A stretch of DNA of 64,000 bases from Coriobacteriia bacterium (lineage in GTDB: Bacteria; Actinomycetota; Coriobacteriia; Anaerosomatales; JAAXUF01). The stretch's first letter is position 1; each line of letters starts with the position of its first letter. The position numbers and the translations under genes are program-made. A model generated the notes under the pieces. It made no database searches, was not told the origin of the DNA, and saw only the letters and a list, made by a program, of their open reading frames with translations. Positions 47,989-56,544 of the stretch are shown piece by piece. The stretch is taken from the NCBI GenBank assembly GCA_038245725.1, contig JBBRSD010000001.1, forward strand, positions 224,508 to 288,507, written 5' to 3'.

Positions 47989-48788
47989 CGAGTGCAGCCG
48001 GCGGCGTCATCCCCATCGGTCCCTGGCAGCTGGCGCTGGCCACACTCTTCGTCGTCTTCGTAGGCATCGTCTCGCTCCGGCTCTCGCTCGGCATCACGAA
48101 AGACCTCGCGATCGCGACTGTCCGCACCTACGTGCAACTGCTCGCTTTAGGATTCATCTTGCGCTGGGTGTTCGGCATCAACTCCGTATGGCTCGTTCTC
48201 GGCTTGCTCGTCCTGATGGTGCTCATGGCGTCCCGGATCCTCATTCAGCGCAGCCCCGACGCGCCGAAGGGAATCTTCGCGAGCGCGTTCGTCTCGATGG
48301 CGCTCACCGGCTTCATAGTCACGTTCGCCGTGACCGGCGTGATCGTGCAGGTCAAGCCGTGGTACCTGCCCCAGTACGTCATCCCGCTTGCAGGGATGGT
48401 CATCGGCAACTCTATGAATGGCATCGCGCTCTCACTCGAGCGAGTCTTCGCCGATCTCGACTTGAGGGACAACGAAGTGCTGGCGCTCACCGCGTTGGGC
48501 GCGACGCCGTGGGAGGCGTCACACGGCGCGATCCGGCTCGCGCTGCGCGCGGGACTCATCCCCACTATCAACTCCATGGCGGCCGCGGGAATCGTATTCA
48601 TCCCCGGCATGATGGCGGGCCAGATCCTCGCGGGCGCCGACCCGGTTACCGCGACCGGCTACCAGATCGTCGTCATGTTGATGGTCGCGGCCGCCACCGC
48701 GTTGGGTAGCGTCGTCGCGCTCATGCTCACGTACCACCGTCGGTTCACCGGCGACGGAGTCTTTCTCGAGAAGGGCTTCCGCCAGTAG
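47985..48788 (+). CDS. fetB: FetB/YbbM (UPF0014) family ABC permease, putative iron exporter
   Basis: 267 aa and polytopic. GMVIGNSMNGIALSLER and IPTINSMAAAGIVFIPGMM are typical of the family. It overlaps the ATPase stop. Confidence 0.8.
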   Translation: MTSAAGGVIPIGPWQLALATLFVVFVGIVSLRLSLGITKDLAIATVRTYVQLLALGFILRWVFGINSVWLVLGLLVLMVLMASRILIQRSPDAPKGIFASAFVSMALTGFIVTFAVTGVIVQVKPWYLPQYVIPLAGMVIGNSMNGIALSLERVFADLDLRDNEVLALTALGATPWEASHGAIRLALRAGLIPTINSMAAAGIVFIPGMMAGQILAGADPVTATGYQIVVMLMVAAATALGSVVALMLTYHRRFTGDGVFLEKGFRQ

Positions 48789-48839
48789 CTGATCGGCACG
48801 CGAGTCACGGAGCGCGGTCCGATGGCGCGCGAACGAAGC

Positions 48840-48874
48840 GAAGCCCCGCTGCGATCGAGTCGCAGCGGGGCTTC
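48840..48874. terminator. bidirectional hairpin terminator between convergent genes
   Basis: Perfect 15-bp stem gaagccccgctgcga / tcgcagcggggcttc with a 5-nt loop, lying between the stops at 48788 (+) and 48896 (-). Confidence 0.6.
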
Positions 48875-48895
48875 GTAGTTGGCGCGGGTGGTCGC

Positions 48896-49618
48896 TTACG
48901 CTGGAGGTACCTGGGTGGGAGGCGCAGGCGGGGCCGCCGGAGGCTCGTAGGTCGGAGCGGCGGGAGGAGCCGGCGCCGCGGGCGGCGTCGGAGGTGCGTA
49001 CGTAGGGGGTGCAGGAGGCGTGTACGCCGGTGGTGCAGGAGGCGTGTACGCGGGCGGCGCAGGAGGCGTGTAGCCGCCACCGGGAGGCGGAGGTGCGTAG
49101 CCGCCAGCGGGCGGGGTATAGCCGCCACCTGCGTAGCCGCCAGGCATTCCCGGTCCGCCGGCGGGCGTGTCAGGCAGGCCGAATCCGCTTGCCTTCGGGC
49201 CGAGGTACTGCGCGGACCCGAATCCCAGCATCGGCACGAACACGAAGCTCAGCAGTACCATCCCGATCGCGAAGCCGACGTCCTTGCCGAACGACTTTGC
49301 CAGGTCCCAGTAGAGAATGAACAGTACGACGAGTACTGCAAGCGAGCCGATGACCGGGATGAACGCGAGGAGCAACAGCGCGAGCCACCACGTTGGCCTT
49401 CCCACGATCTGCAACAAGATGTAGATGTTGTAGATGGGTACGATGGCCGCCCAACCCGGCTGGCCGGCCTTCACGAAGATCTTCCACAAGCCTGCGATGA
49501 CGAGCACCAAGACAGCCAACATGACCAGCGAGTACACGCCGAAGAATGCGAGCATCCCCGCTGTCGCGGCTCCACTTACGGCACTATCTGCGGCGCCGCC
49601 CGGATAACTGTTATACAT
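48896..49618 (-). CDS. DUF5684-like membrane protein with a proline-rich repetitive C-terminal tail
   Basis: WKIFVKAGQPGWAAIVPIYNIYILLQIVGRPTWW matches my memory of DUF5684. The tail reads GGYTPPAPPAYTPPAPPAYTPPAPPTYAPPTPP. Start at 49618 or 49636. Confidence 0.55.
   Translation of the reverse strand: MYNSYPGGAADSAVSGAATAGMLAFFGVYSLVMLAVLVLVIAGLWKIFVKAGQPGWAAIVPIYNIYILLQIVGRPTWWLALLLLAFIPVIGSLAVLVVLFILYWDLAKSFGKDVGFAIGMVLLSFVFVPMLGFGSAQYLGPKASGFGLPDTPAGGPGMPGGYAGGGYTPPAGGYAPPPPGGGYTPPAPPAYTPPAPPAYTPPAPPTYAPPTPPAAPAPPAAPTYEPPAAPPAPPTQVPPA
49011..49082. repeat. three tandem 24-bp units (coding for YTPPAPPA) in the proline-rich tail
   Basis: gcaggaggcgtgta recurs at 49011, 49035 and 49059, a period of 24. 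Confidence 0.6.
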
Positions 49619-49817
49619 CCCTCCACCTTTCCGCATTAGCCGCTTCGAGAACGGCCCCTCTCCATGGATTGGAAATACCCCTTTTCGGCGGGAACCACTC
49701 GGCGGGTCGCGGCGAAGCGTTTGTGACTGATACGATTGCCCTCGAGCGCTTCTCCTCTCGGCCGAGTCTGCTACGGTGCAGCGGGTGGCGTCGAATACGC
49801 AATCTTCGGGAGGGTCA

Positions 49818-50825
49818 TTGATCGGGTTCGAGCTCTACCTCAGGCGCAACTCCAGGAAGATTGACGACTATCTCGCAACATTCTTCGTGGACGGCCGTCA
49901 TCCTGACATGCAGCGCTACCTCTACGGGCCGCTCGCCGAATACAGCGCGAACGCGGGCAAGCGTCATCGTCCGCTCATCTGCCTGCTTGCCTGCGAGGCC
50001 GTCGGAGGCGACCCGGCGCGTGCGATGGCGTCCGCGGCTGCGATCGAGCACTTCCACACGGCGGCGCTCATCCATGACGACATCGAGGACGCCTCACAGA
50101 CCCGCCGAGGCGAGCCCTGCCTGCACGTCAGGGAAGGCGACGGGCTGGCCATCAACGCCGGCGATCTCGCGCTTTCGCTCGTCACGGGTACCGTCGTCGA
50201 CGACCCGAACCTTGACGATGCCACCAAGTTGCGCGTTCTCAAGGAGCTCGTCGAGATGACGACACGCACCATCGAAGGACAGGCACTCGACATCGGGTGG
50301 GCACGCGACGACCGCTTCGACCTCACTGCCGAAGACTATCTCCTCATGGCCAACCACAAGACCGCGTTCTACTCGGGGGCGGTTCCGCTCGCCGTCGGCG
50401 CGATCGTGGGCGGTGGGACCGATACGCAGATCGCGACGTTGCGCGCGTTCGGCATGGCCACGGGCCTCGCATTCCAGATCCAAGACGATGTGCTGAACCT
50501 CGTCGGCACACGCGAGGCGACCAAGAAGGACTTCCGCTCCGACATCACGGAAGGCAAACGAACGCTCGTCGCCGTCCACGCGCTCCACAATGCCGAACAG
50601 CGCGACCGGCTTCTCACGCTGCTGTCGTCGCGCACCACCGACGACGCCGAACTCGACGAAGCCGTCGAGATCATGCGGCGGGCCGGATCGATCGACTACG
50701 CGAATGCGTTCGCCGAGAAGCTCGTCGTCGAGGCGAAAACCTCGCTAGTTGGGGAACTACCGAAGAGCAGGGCCCGCGACATGCTCGCCGCGATGGCCGA
50801 CTTCTTCGTCAAGCGCAACACCTAG
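49818..50825 (+). CDS. polyprenyl diphosphate synthase (GGPP/FPP synthase family)
   Basis: First DDxxD motif (LIHDDIEDAS) and second (FQIQDDVLN), plus KRHRPL upstream. The start is uncertain: TTG 49818 after gggagg, or the track start 49776. Confidence 0.85.
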   Translation: MIGFELYLRRNSRKIDDYLATFFVDGRHPDMQRYLYGPLAEYSANAGKRHRPLICLLACEAVGGDPARAMASAAAIEHFHTAALIHDDIEDASQTRRGEPCLHVREGDGLAINAGDLALSLVTGTVVDDPNLDDATKLRVLKELVEMTTRTIEGQALDIGWARDDRFDLTAEDYLLMANHKTAFYSGAVPLAVGAIVGGGTDTQIATLRAFGMATGLAFQIQDDVLNLVGTREATKKDFRSDITEGKRTLVAVHALHNAEQRDRLLTLLSSRTTDDAELDEAVEIMRRAGSIDYANAFAEKLVVEAKTSLVGELPKSRARDMLAAMADFFVKRNT

Positions 50826-50835
50826 GGGGTTCACC

Positions 50836-52053
50836 ATGAAGTCAGTTCCCGTCTCAGACGGTATCTCTTGGGTCGGTGCGATCGACTGGAACCTGCGCGA
50901 CTTCCACGGCTACGAGACGCCGCGCGGCACCACCTACAACGCCTACATCGTCAAGGGCGCCGATAAGATCGCGCTCGTCGACACCGTGAAGCTGCCCTTC
51001 GTCCCTGAGCTGCTCGAGCGCATCGCCGATGTCGTGCCGCTCGAGGCGATCGACCACATCGTCGTCAACCACGTCGAGCCGGACCACAACTCCGGACTTC
51101 GCGCGGTCATGGAAGCGATGCCGCAGGCCAAGATCGTCGCGAGCGCCGGTGGCGTGCGCGGCATCGCGGGTTACCACGGTGACGAGATCGCGGCGCTCGT
51201 CTCGGCTGTCGGTCCCGACGACGTCATCGACCTCGGCGGGAAGACGCTGCGCTTTCAGCCCATGCCCATGGTCCACTGGCCGGACTCGATGTTCACCTAC
51301 TGCCCCGAGTCCTGCACGCTCATGCCGAACGACGCCTTCGGCCAGCATCTCGCCTCCTCGGCCCGCTTCGCCGATGAGATCGGACTCGACCTCGCCATCG
51401 CAGAGCTCACCGACTACTACGCCAACATCTTGCAGCCGCTCTCCGAGCAGGTCGCCAAGGCCGTCACGAAGGTCGTCGAGGCCGGATGGGTGTGCGAGAC
51501 GATCGCCCCCTCTCACGGCGTCATCTGGCGACACGACAGCGTGCCCACCGTGATCGACGCCTACGACCGCCTCACGAAGGGTGAGACCGAAGACAAGCTC
51601 ATCGTCGCGTATTCGACGATGTGGGGCTCGACCGACATCCTCGCGCGCGAGATCGCGGATGGCGCGCGGGCGGCCGGTGTCGAGGTGCACCTCTACGACA
51701 TCGCGGTGACGCCGCTCGCCCGCATCACGACCGACCTGCTCGACGCGCGCGCGCTGCTCCTCGGCAGCCCCACGTTGCACCACCAGATGCACTATCGGAG
51801 CGCGGCGTACCTGCAGTACATCGCCGGCCTGAAGCCTAAGAACAAGCTCGCGGGCGTGTTCGGCAGCTTCGGGTGGTCGAGCGGGGCGACGAAGCAGATG
51901 ACAACGCGGCTCGAGGCGATCGGCTTTGAGATGCCCGAGGCGGATTTCACCGTGAAGTACAAGCCCACCGCCGACGGCATCGCGGCCGCGCAGGCGTGGG
52001 GTGCCGCATTCGCCGAACGCGTCAAAGCGAAGGGCGTCGCCGAACAGGCGTAG
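50836..52053 (+). CDS. flavodiiron protein (FprA-type O2/NO reductase)
   Basis: ATG 50836. Metallo-beta-lactamase-like diiron motif VVNHVEPDHNSG plus a C-terminal flavodoxin domain (IVAYSTMWGSTDILA). Confidence 0.85.
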   Translation: MKSVPVSDGISWVGAIDWNLRDFHGYETPRGTTYNAYIVKGADKIALVDTVKLPFVPELLERIADVVPLEAIDHIVVNHVEPDHNSGLRAVMEAMPQAKIVASAGGVRGIAGYHGDEIAALVSAVGPDDVIDLGGKTLRFQPMPMVHWPDSMFTYCPESCTLMPNDAFGQHLASSARFADEIGLDLAIAELTDYYANILQPLSEQVAKAVTKVVEAGWVCETIAPSHGVIWRHDSVPTVIDAYDRLTKGETEDKLIVAYSTMWGSTDILAREIADGARAAGVEVHLYDIAVTPLARITTDLLDARALLLGSPTLHHQMHYRSAAYLQYIAGLKPKNKLAGVFGSFGWSSGATKQMTTRLEAIGFEMPEADFTVKYKPTADGIAAAQAWGAAFAERVKAKGVAEQA

Positions 52054-52066
52054 CCGCGCCCCGGCT

Positions 52067-52960
52067 CTACCGCGGCGTGCGCTCCTGTATCCAGCGCACG
52101 AGCGCTTCGGCGGCGCCATCCACCGAGAGCTCCGGTGCCGGCGCTGACGCATCGCGCTCGCGCAGCTGCGCGAACAGCTCGGCGAGTAGCGGCGGCTTGA
52201 TGTTGCTTCTCGCGAGCACGTCGGCGTGTGCGAACACCTCGGCGGGCGTGCCGCGTAAGGCAATCTCGCCGCCGGGCGCCAGCACGTAGGCGTAGTCCGC
52301 GAGTTCGTGTACCGAGTCGATGTCGTGCGTCGACATCACGATGGTCACGCCGCGCTCGCGGGCGAGCAGCTCGATGAGGTCGACGAGCTCTGCACGCGCC
52401 TTCGGATCGAGCCCCTCGAACGGCTCGTCGAGCACGAGCAGCTCCGGCTCCATCACGAGCGCGCCCGCCAGCGCGACCTTGCGCTTCTCGCCGCCGGACA
52501 GATCGTGCGGCACCCGGTCGGCAAGGTTCGCGATGCCGAGAAGGTCGAGCGCCTTGGCGACCCGCGCGTCCACTTCGTCCTCGGCGAGGCCGTACTGTCG
52601 CGGCGAGAACGCGACGTCGTCGGCGACGGTGGGCATGAGCAGTTGCTCGTCGACGTTTTGCAGCACCACGCCGATGCGCTCGCGGACGTCGGGCCATCTC
52701 ACGGACGGATCGACGCCGAAGACGCGCACCGAGCCCTCCTGCGCTCGGAGCAGTCCGAGCACGTGGTAGATGAGCGTCGTCTTGCCCGAGCCGTTGGGCC
52801 CGAGGAGCACCGTTCGCGTGCCGCGGTTGGCCACGAAGTCGATGCCGCACAGGTGCACGCTCGTGCCGTCCTCGTAGCTGTGCCGCACGCAACTCACGCG
52901 CACGACTTCGTCGGCCGCTGCCGAGATGCGCTCGTGTGAGGTGCTCGGGGTCTCGCTCAT
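52067..52960 (-). CDS. cbiO: ECF/CbiO-type ABC ATPase of a Co/Ni uptake system
   Basis: Walker A GPNGSGKTT, signature LSGGEKRKVALAG and Walker B LVLDEPFEGLD. ATG 52960 overlaps the cbiQ stop. Confidence 0.85.
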   Translation of the reverse strand: MSETPSTSHERISAAADEVVRVSCVRHSYEDGTSVHLCGIDFVANRGTRTVLLGPNGSGKTTLIYHVLGLLRAQEGSVRVFGVDPSVRWPDVRERIGVVLQNVDEQLLMPTVADDVAFSPRQYGLAEDEVDARVAKALDLLGIANLADRVPHDLSGGEKRKVALAGALVMEPELLVLDEPFEGLDPKARAELVDLIELLARERGVTIVMSTHDIDSVHELADYAYVLAPGGEIALRGTPAEVFAHADVLARSNIKPPLLAELFAQLRERDASAPAPELSVDGAAEALVRWIQERTPR

Positions 52961-53757
52961 GATGCCCTCCGGGAGACGATGAGGCCTACGGCCAGCACAA
53001 GGAGTGCCGGCAGCGGCAGAAGCCAGCTGTACGGGTTGAGCGCCTGCGAACCCAGTCGCCACGCCACGCTCATGGCGAGAACCGCCAGTGCGCCGCCGAG
53101 CAGTGCTGCGTCAACTCGGCGATCGCGGCTCCTCGTCGCGCGGACACGCAGTCGGCCGCTGTAGCCGCGGAGCCGCAGGATGTCGAAGTCGCGCTGTGCG
53201 AGGTCGAAGCTGTAGAGAAGCAGGCCGCCCAGTGCCTGCGTGGTCACGCGCGCAGAACGGACCGGGTGCGTGCCGCGCAGGCCGGCCCGCAAGCGAACGG
53301 CTCGCAGCAGGCTCCCGAACTTGTCGAGCAGCAGGAACATCGTGCGGTACGTCATGAGCAGCGCGTCTCCCACGAGGCCTGGCACGATGCGCTGTATCGG
53401 GGCGAACACCTGGGGGTAGGGGGTCGTGAGCACCACGGTGACCGCCGCGAGTCCCGCGCAGACTGCCTTGAGGAAGACGACCCCGCCGGTCAGGGCGTCG
53501 GGCGCGGAGGCGATCGCGAACAACAGGGCGAACAGCCCGGGGTACGCCGCCAGCCCGAGCAGCATCCTCAGGTCGAGCCGACCTGACGCGCCCACGCCCA
53601 CCAGTGCGATAGCGAGAGCAAGCACGAGGAACGCATTCCAGCTCACGACGACCGTGGCCAGCACGACGCCTAATGCGAGTAGCTTCGTGGCCGGAGCGAT
53701 GCGGTGGAGCCAGCCCAGGTCGCCGGTGGCCGAGCGGTCTATCGAGCCGATGTTCAT
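52957..53757 (-). CDS. cbiQ: CbiQ-type transmembrane (T) component
   Basis: 266 aa and polytopic. LHRIAPATKLL near the N-terminus and the RLRG region typical of CbiQ/EcfT. ATG 53757 overlaps the cbiM stop. Confidence 0.8.
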   Translation of the reverse strand: MNIGSIDRSATGDLGWLHRIAPATKLLALGVVLATVVVSWNAFLVLALAIALVGVGASGRLDLRMLLGLAAYPGLFALLFAIASAPDALTGGVVFLKAVCAGLAAVTVVLTTPYPQVFAPIQRIVPGLVGDALLMTYRTMFLLLDKFGSLLRAVRLRAGLRGTHPVRSARVTTQALGGLLLYSFDLAQRDFDILRLRGYSGRLRVRATRSRDRRVDAALLGGALAVLAMSVAWRLGSQALNPYSWLLPLPALLVLAVGLIVSRRAS

Positions 53758-54566
53758 CGGGACTGGCCCACTTCGTCGCCAATCAGATGGCGGCCGTGTT
53801 CGAGCAACGCCCCATGCCACAACAGTCCCGGTCGCACCCGGGCGATATAGCCGAGAATCCAGGCGGTCACGAGCGCTTCGATGATCCAACCGATCGAGCC
53901 GAGCGAATACACGATGATGGCGAAGCGCCTGACAGACACGATCGGCGTTTCGGCCGACCCGGGCACGAGACGTTCGCCGCCGGAGAGCAACCCGACGTGT
54001 ACGACGCCCTGCCCGAGAGGATTCGCGAGCGTCAGCGACCTCGGGTCGAGCGCGCCCGTGTCGCGCGACGCCGCGCTTCCGCCTGCCAGCGCTACGATCC
54101 CGACCAGAAGCGTCGTCGTGATCGCGAGCGTCACGACCGTCGCGGTCGCCGCCGCCCAGCGCACCCGGGTTCGCGACAGGAGCGCGACGAGGGTCCGGAA
54201 CAGCGCCCACCCGATCGTCATCTCAGCCGAGATCATGAGCGTGTTCAGCCCCAGCACCGTCACTCCGCCGTGCCCGAGCATGGCGAGCACGATCTGCACG
54301 ATGAACGCCGCGATCACTGAGAGCGCCGGTCCGAGTAGCACGCCGGCGACCACGGTGAGGTTGACGTGGTAGGCGATGGGCACGATCTCGGTCGACATCG
54401 CGACGAGCATGAGCGCCGAGACGACCGCCAGAAGCGGCACCTTGCGGCGGGCCTCGGTCTTCTCGGCGAAGTGACCCGCGATCGAGACGAGCGCGAGCGC
54501 CAGGATCCAGCCCGGCAACCAGAGCCAGACCGGCAAGACGCCGTCGGGGATGTGGATGTGCGACAT
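53754..54566 (-). CDS. cbiM: CbiM/NikM-type metal-binding membrane component
   Basis: The N-terminus MSHIHIPDG is the CbiM/NikM metal-ligating motif. 270 aa and polytopic. No separate cbiN was seen. Confidence 0.85.
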   Translation of the reverse strand: MSHIHIPDGVLPVWLWLPGWILALALVSIAGHFAEKTEARRKVPLLAVVSALMLVAMSTEIVPIAYHVNLTVVAGVLLGPALSVIAAFIVQIVLAMLGHGGVTVLGLNTLMISAEMTIGWALFRTLVALLSRTRVRWAAATATVVTLAITTTLLVGIVALAGGSAASRDTGALDPRSLTLANPLGQGVVHVGLLSGGERLVPGSAETPIVSVRRFAIIVYSLGSIGWIIEALVTAWILGYIARVRPGLLWHGALLEHGRHLIGDEVGQSR

Positions 54567-54570
54567 GGCG

Positions 54571-55005
54571 CTACGCCGACCGTTCTTCGCTGTGCCGCGC
54601 GCAGGCGGGGCACAGGCCGTAGAAGGTGACCTCGTGGCGCGTGATGACGAAGTTCTCGCGAGCCGGGTCGCTCGGCACATGCGCTACGGGGCACTCGGCG
54701 ATCTCGATCCGGCCGCAGCCGTCGCAGACGACGTGGTGGTGGTGCGGCTCCTCGGCGTCGCAATGCGCGAACAGTCCGCACCCGTCGCGGTCGCCCACGC
54801 GCTCGAGCCAACCGCTTGCGATCATCGCCGAGACCGCGCGGTAGACGGTCGCGGTTCCGATCGTGGGATCGAGCGTGCGGGCAGCTTCAGCGAGCGCTTC
54901 GACGTTAAACGCGCCGACCATCGCCGCAGCGGCATCGGCGATGACTCGCCTCTGCGGGGTCATGCGGCTGCCCCGAAAGGCGGCGCGCGTGTCTGCTGCG
55001 TTCAT
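54571..55005 (-). CDS. Fur-family metalloregulator (possibly Nur/Zur-like)
   Basis: RMTPQRRVIADA, TVYRAVSAMIASGWL (winged helix), HHHHVVCDGCG and CPAC (structural Zn site). It lies 4 nt upstream of cbiM on the same strand. ATG 55005 preferred. Confidence 0.85.
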   Translation of the reverse strand: MNAADTRAAFRGSRMTPQRRVIADAAAAMVGAFNVEALAEAARTLDPTIGTATVYRAVSAMIASGWLERVGDRDGCGLFAHCDAEEPHHHHVVCDGCGRIEIAECPVAHVPSDPARENFVITRHEVTFYGLCPACARHSEERSA

Positions 55006-55078
55006 CAGTCCAAGCCCCAGTTCCCCTGCGCGACGACGGCACGAGTCGTTCGAGTTGCGGCTGCGAGTATACCCTTCG

Positions 55079-55093
55079 TGAGAATGGTTATCA
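55079..55093. promoter_or_regulatory. candidate Fur-family 7-1-7 box in the fur/lysR divergent region
   Basis: TGAGAAT-G-GTTATCA compared with the classical TGATAAT-N-ATTATCA. The half-sites match each other at 5 of 7 positions. Confidence 0.3.
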
Positions 55094-55199
55094 CTTGGCG
55101 CTCGCGTGACTCCGAGGCGGCAATAAGTCATGCTTATGCCACGTCTTCCAGCAAGCTCGGCATCCGGACGCATCGAACACTCGCCGAGAAAGGCTCCTC

Positions 55200-56093
55200 G
55201 TGAACATCTCGCAACTGCGCACGCTCCTGCTCGTCATCGACCGCGGTTCGTTCTCCGAGGCCGCGAAGGAACTCGGGATCTCGCAACCTGCCGCGACCAT
55301 GCAGCTGCAGACGCTCGAGAGTGATCTGGGCGTGGGCCTGCTCGACCGGCGCTACCGCCGCGTCGACCTCACCGAGGCGGGGTGTGTGCTCGAACCGTAC
55401 GCCCGCCGCGCCCTCGCAGAACTCGACAGCGCCCGAGAGGAACTTGCGGCGCTCGCGGGTGACGTGACGGGTAGCCTCGACATCGCGGCGAGCACCACTC
55501 CGGGGGCCTACGTGATACCGCGGCTTCTCGGTGCATTCCTCGCCGAGTGCCCGCGCGTGCAGGTGACGGTCACTGAATACGACACGGCAGGAGTCGTCGA
55601 GGCGGTCGAAAGCGGCCGAGCGCATCTCGGCGTCTGCGGGGCGATCGTCAAAGGCGCGCGGGTCACCTTCGAACCCCTCACCGCCGATGAGATCGTGGCG
55701 ATCTGCCCTCCGGACTCGCCGCTGGCGTCGCGCAAAGGGGTCTCGCTTGCCGAACTCGCATCCGTCGATTGGGTGGCTCGGGATACAGGCTCCGGCACGC
55801 GCCAGGTCGTCGAGGCAACGCTGGCGGCGGCCAAGGTCGATCCCTCTCGGCCCAGGATCGTCGCCTCGCTGGGCGCGGGCGAAGCCATCGTGAACGCAGT
55901 CGAAGGCGGCCTGGGTGTGGCGATGCTCTCTCGTTACGTCGCCGAAAAGGCGCTGGCGGCAGGCACGATCGCGCGCGTCGACCTTGCTGGCCCGGCTCTC
56001 GAGCGACCCTTCTTCACCGTGATGCCGAAAGGCACGCCCACGCGGGCCGCGGCGGCGTTTTGCGCGTACCTTCGTTCCGCATTCCATGGGTAA
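55200..56093 (+). CDS. LysR-family transcriptional regulator
   Basis: MNISQLRTLLLVIDRGSFSEAAKELGISQPAATMQLQTLE is the canonical LysR HTH. The C-terminus is a substrate-binding domain. Confidence 0.9.
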   Translation: MNISQLRTLLLVIDRGSFSEAAKELGISQPAATMQLQTLESDLGVGLLDRRYRRVDLTEAGCVLEPYARRALAELDSAREELAALAGDVTGSLDIAASTTPGAYVIPRLLGAFLAECPRVQVTVTEYDTAGVVEAVESGRAHLGVCGAIVKGARVTFEPLTADEIVAICPPDSPLASRKGVSLAELASVDWVARDTGSGTRQVVEATLAAAKVDPSRPRIVASLGAGEAIVNAVEGGLGVAMLSRYVAEKALAAGTIARVDLAGPALERPFFTVMPKGTPTRAAAAFCAYLRSAFHG

Positions 56094-56105
56094 AGGCGGT
56101 CGCCG

Positions 56106-56345
56106 ATGAGAGCCCCGCGCACGTTCACGGTGTTGGGATTCGACTCGACTCACGCCACACTCGATGCCGAATCGCTGCTTCTTGGCCTCGGTTTTGATGT
56201 GGTTCCTATTCCAACGCCCAAAACGCTCGGCTCTTTGTGTGGGATCTCGTTGCGACTCGAACCCGCCGATGAGAGCCGCGCGCGCGAGCGACTGGAAAGA
56301 GCCGGCATTACGATTCGTGCTCGCGAAGAGGTCGAAGATGTGTAG
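56106..56345 (+). CDS. DUF3343 domain protein
   Basis: 79 aa. FTVLGFDSTHATLDAESLL ... VPIPTPKTLGSLCGISLRL fits the DUF3343 pattern, including the conserved Cys. Confidence 0.7.
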   Translation: MRAPRTFTVLGFDSTHATLDAESLLLGLGFDVVPIPTPKTLGSLCGISLRLEPADESRARERLERAGITIRAREEVEDV

Positions 56346-56376
56346 CCAAACGCCCTCTGACCACGGTTCTCGTTGT

Positions 56377-56406
56377 TTGACACCCTCTCTCGAGGGTGCC
56401 TAGTAT
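56377..56406 (+). promoter_or_regulatory. sigma-70-like promoter with an embedded palindromic operator, upstream of the cytochrome cluster
   Basis: TTGACA (56377-56382), an 18-nt spacer, then TAGTAT (56401-56406). The element contains the inverted repeat caccctc-tctc-gagggtg (56381-56398). Confidence 0.4.
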
Positions 56407-56544
56407 GCGTGGTATTGCCATTCTAGAGTGGAGAGGCATGCCGCCGGTGTCCGGCAATCACCCGCGGAGCAGCGCTCATGGCTCGAAACTCTATGCCGTC
56501 ACGGCCGAAAGCCGGCGGCGCGACAAGGGAGTAGGGGGTGTCAG

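Noticed and set aside
50854-56153. Shadow ORFs 50854..52263 (-), 51792..52892 (-), 53673..54320 (+) and 55134..56153 (-)
   Set aside because: They are antisense or out of frame relative to fprA, cbiO, cbiQ/cbiM and the LysR gene. Their composition is Arg-rich low complexity.
56428-56544. An N-terminal extension of the b-type cytochrome from GTG 56428
   Set aside because: The extension is basic and non-hydrophobic, lies only about 20 nt from the predicted -10 box, and lacks an RBS. TTG 56545 has a G-rich RBS and begins at the first TM helix. It is kept as an open alternative in the findings.
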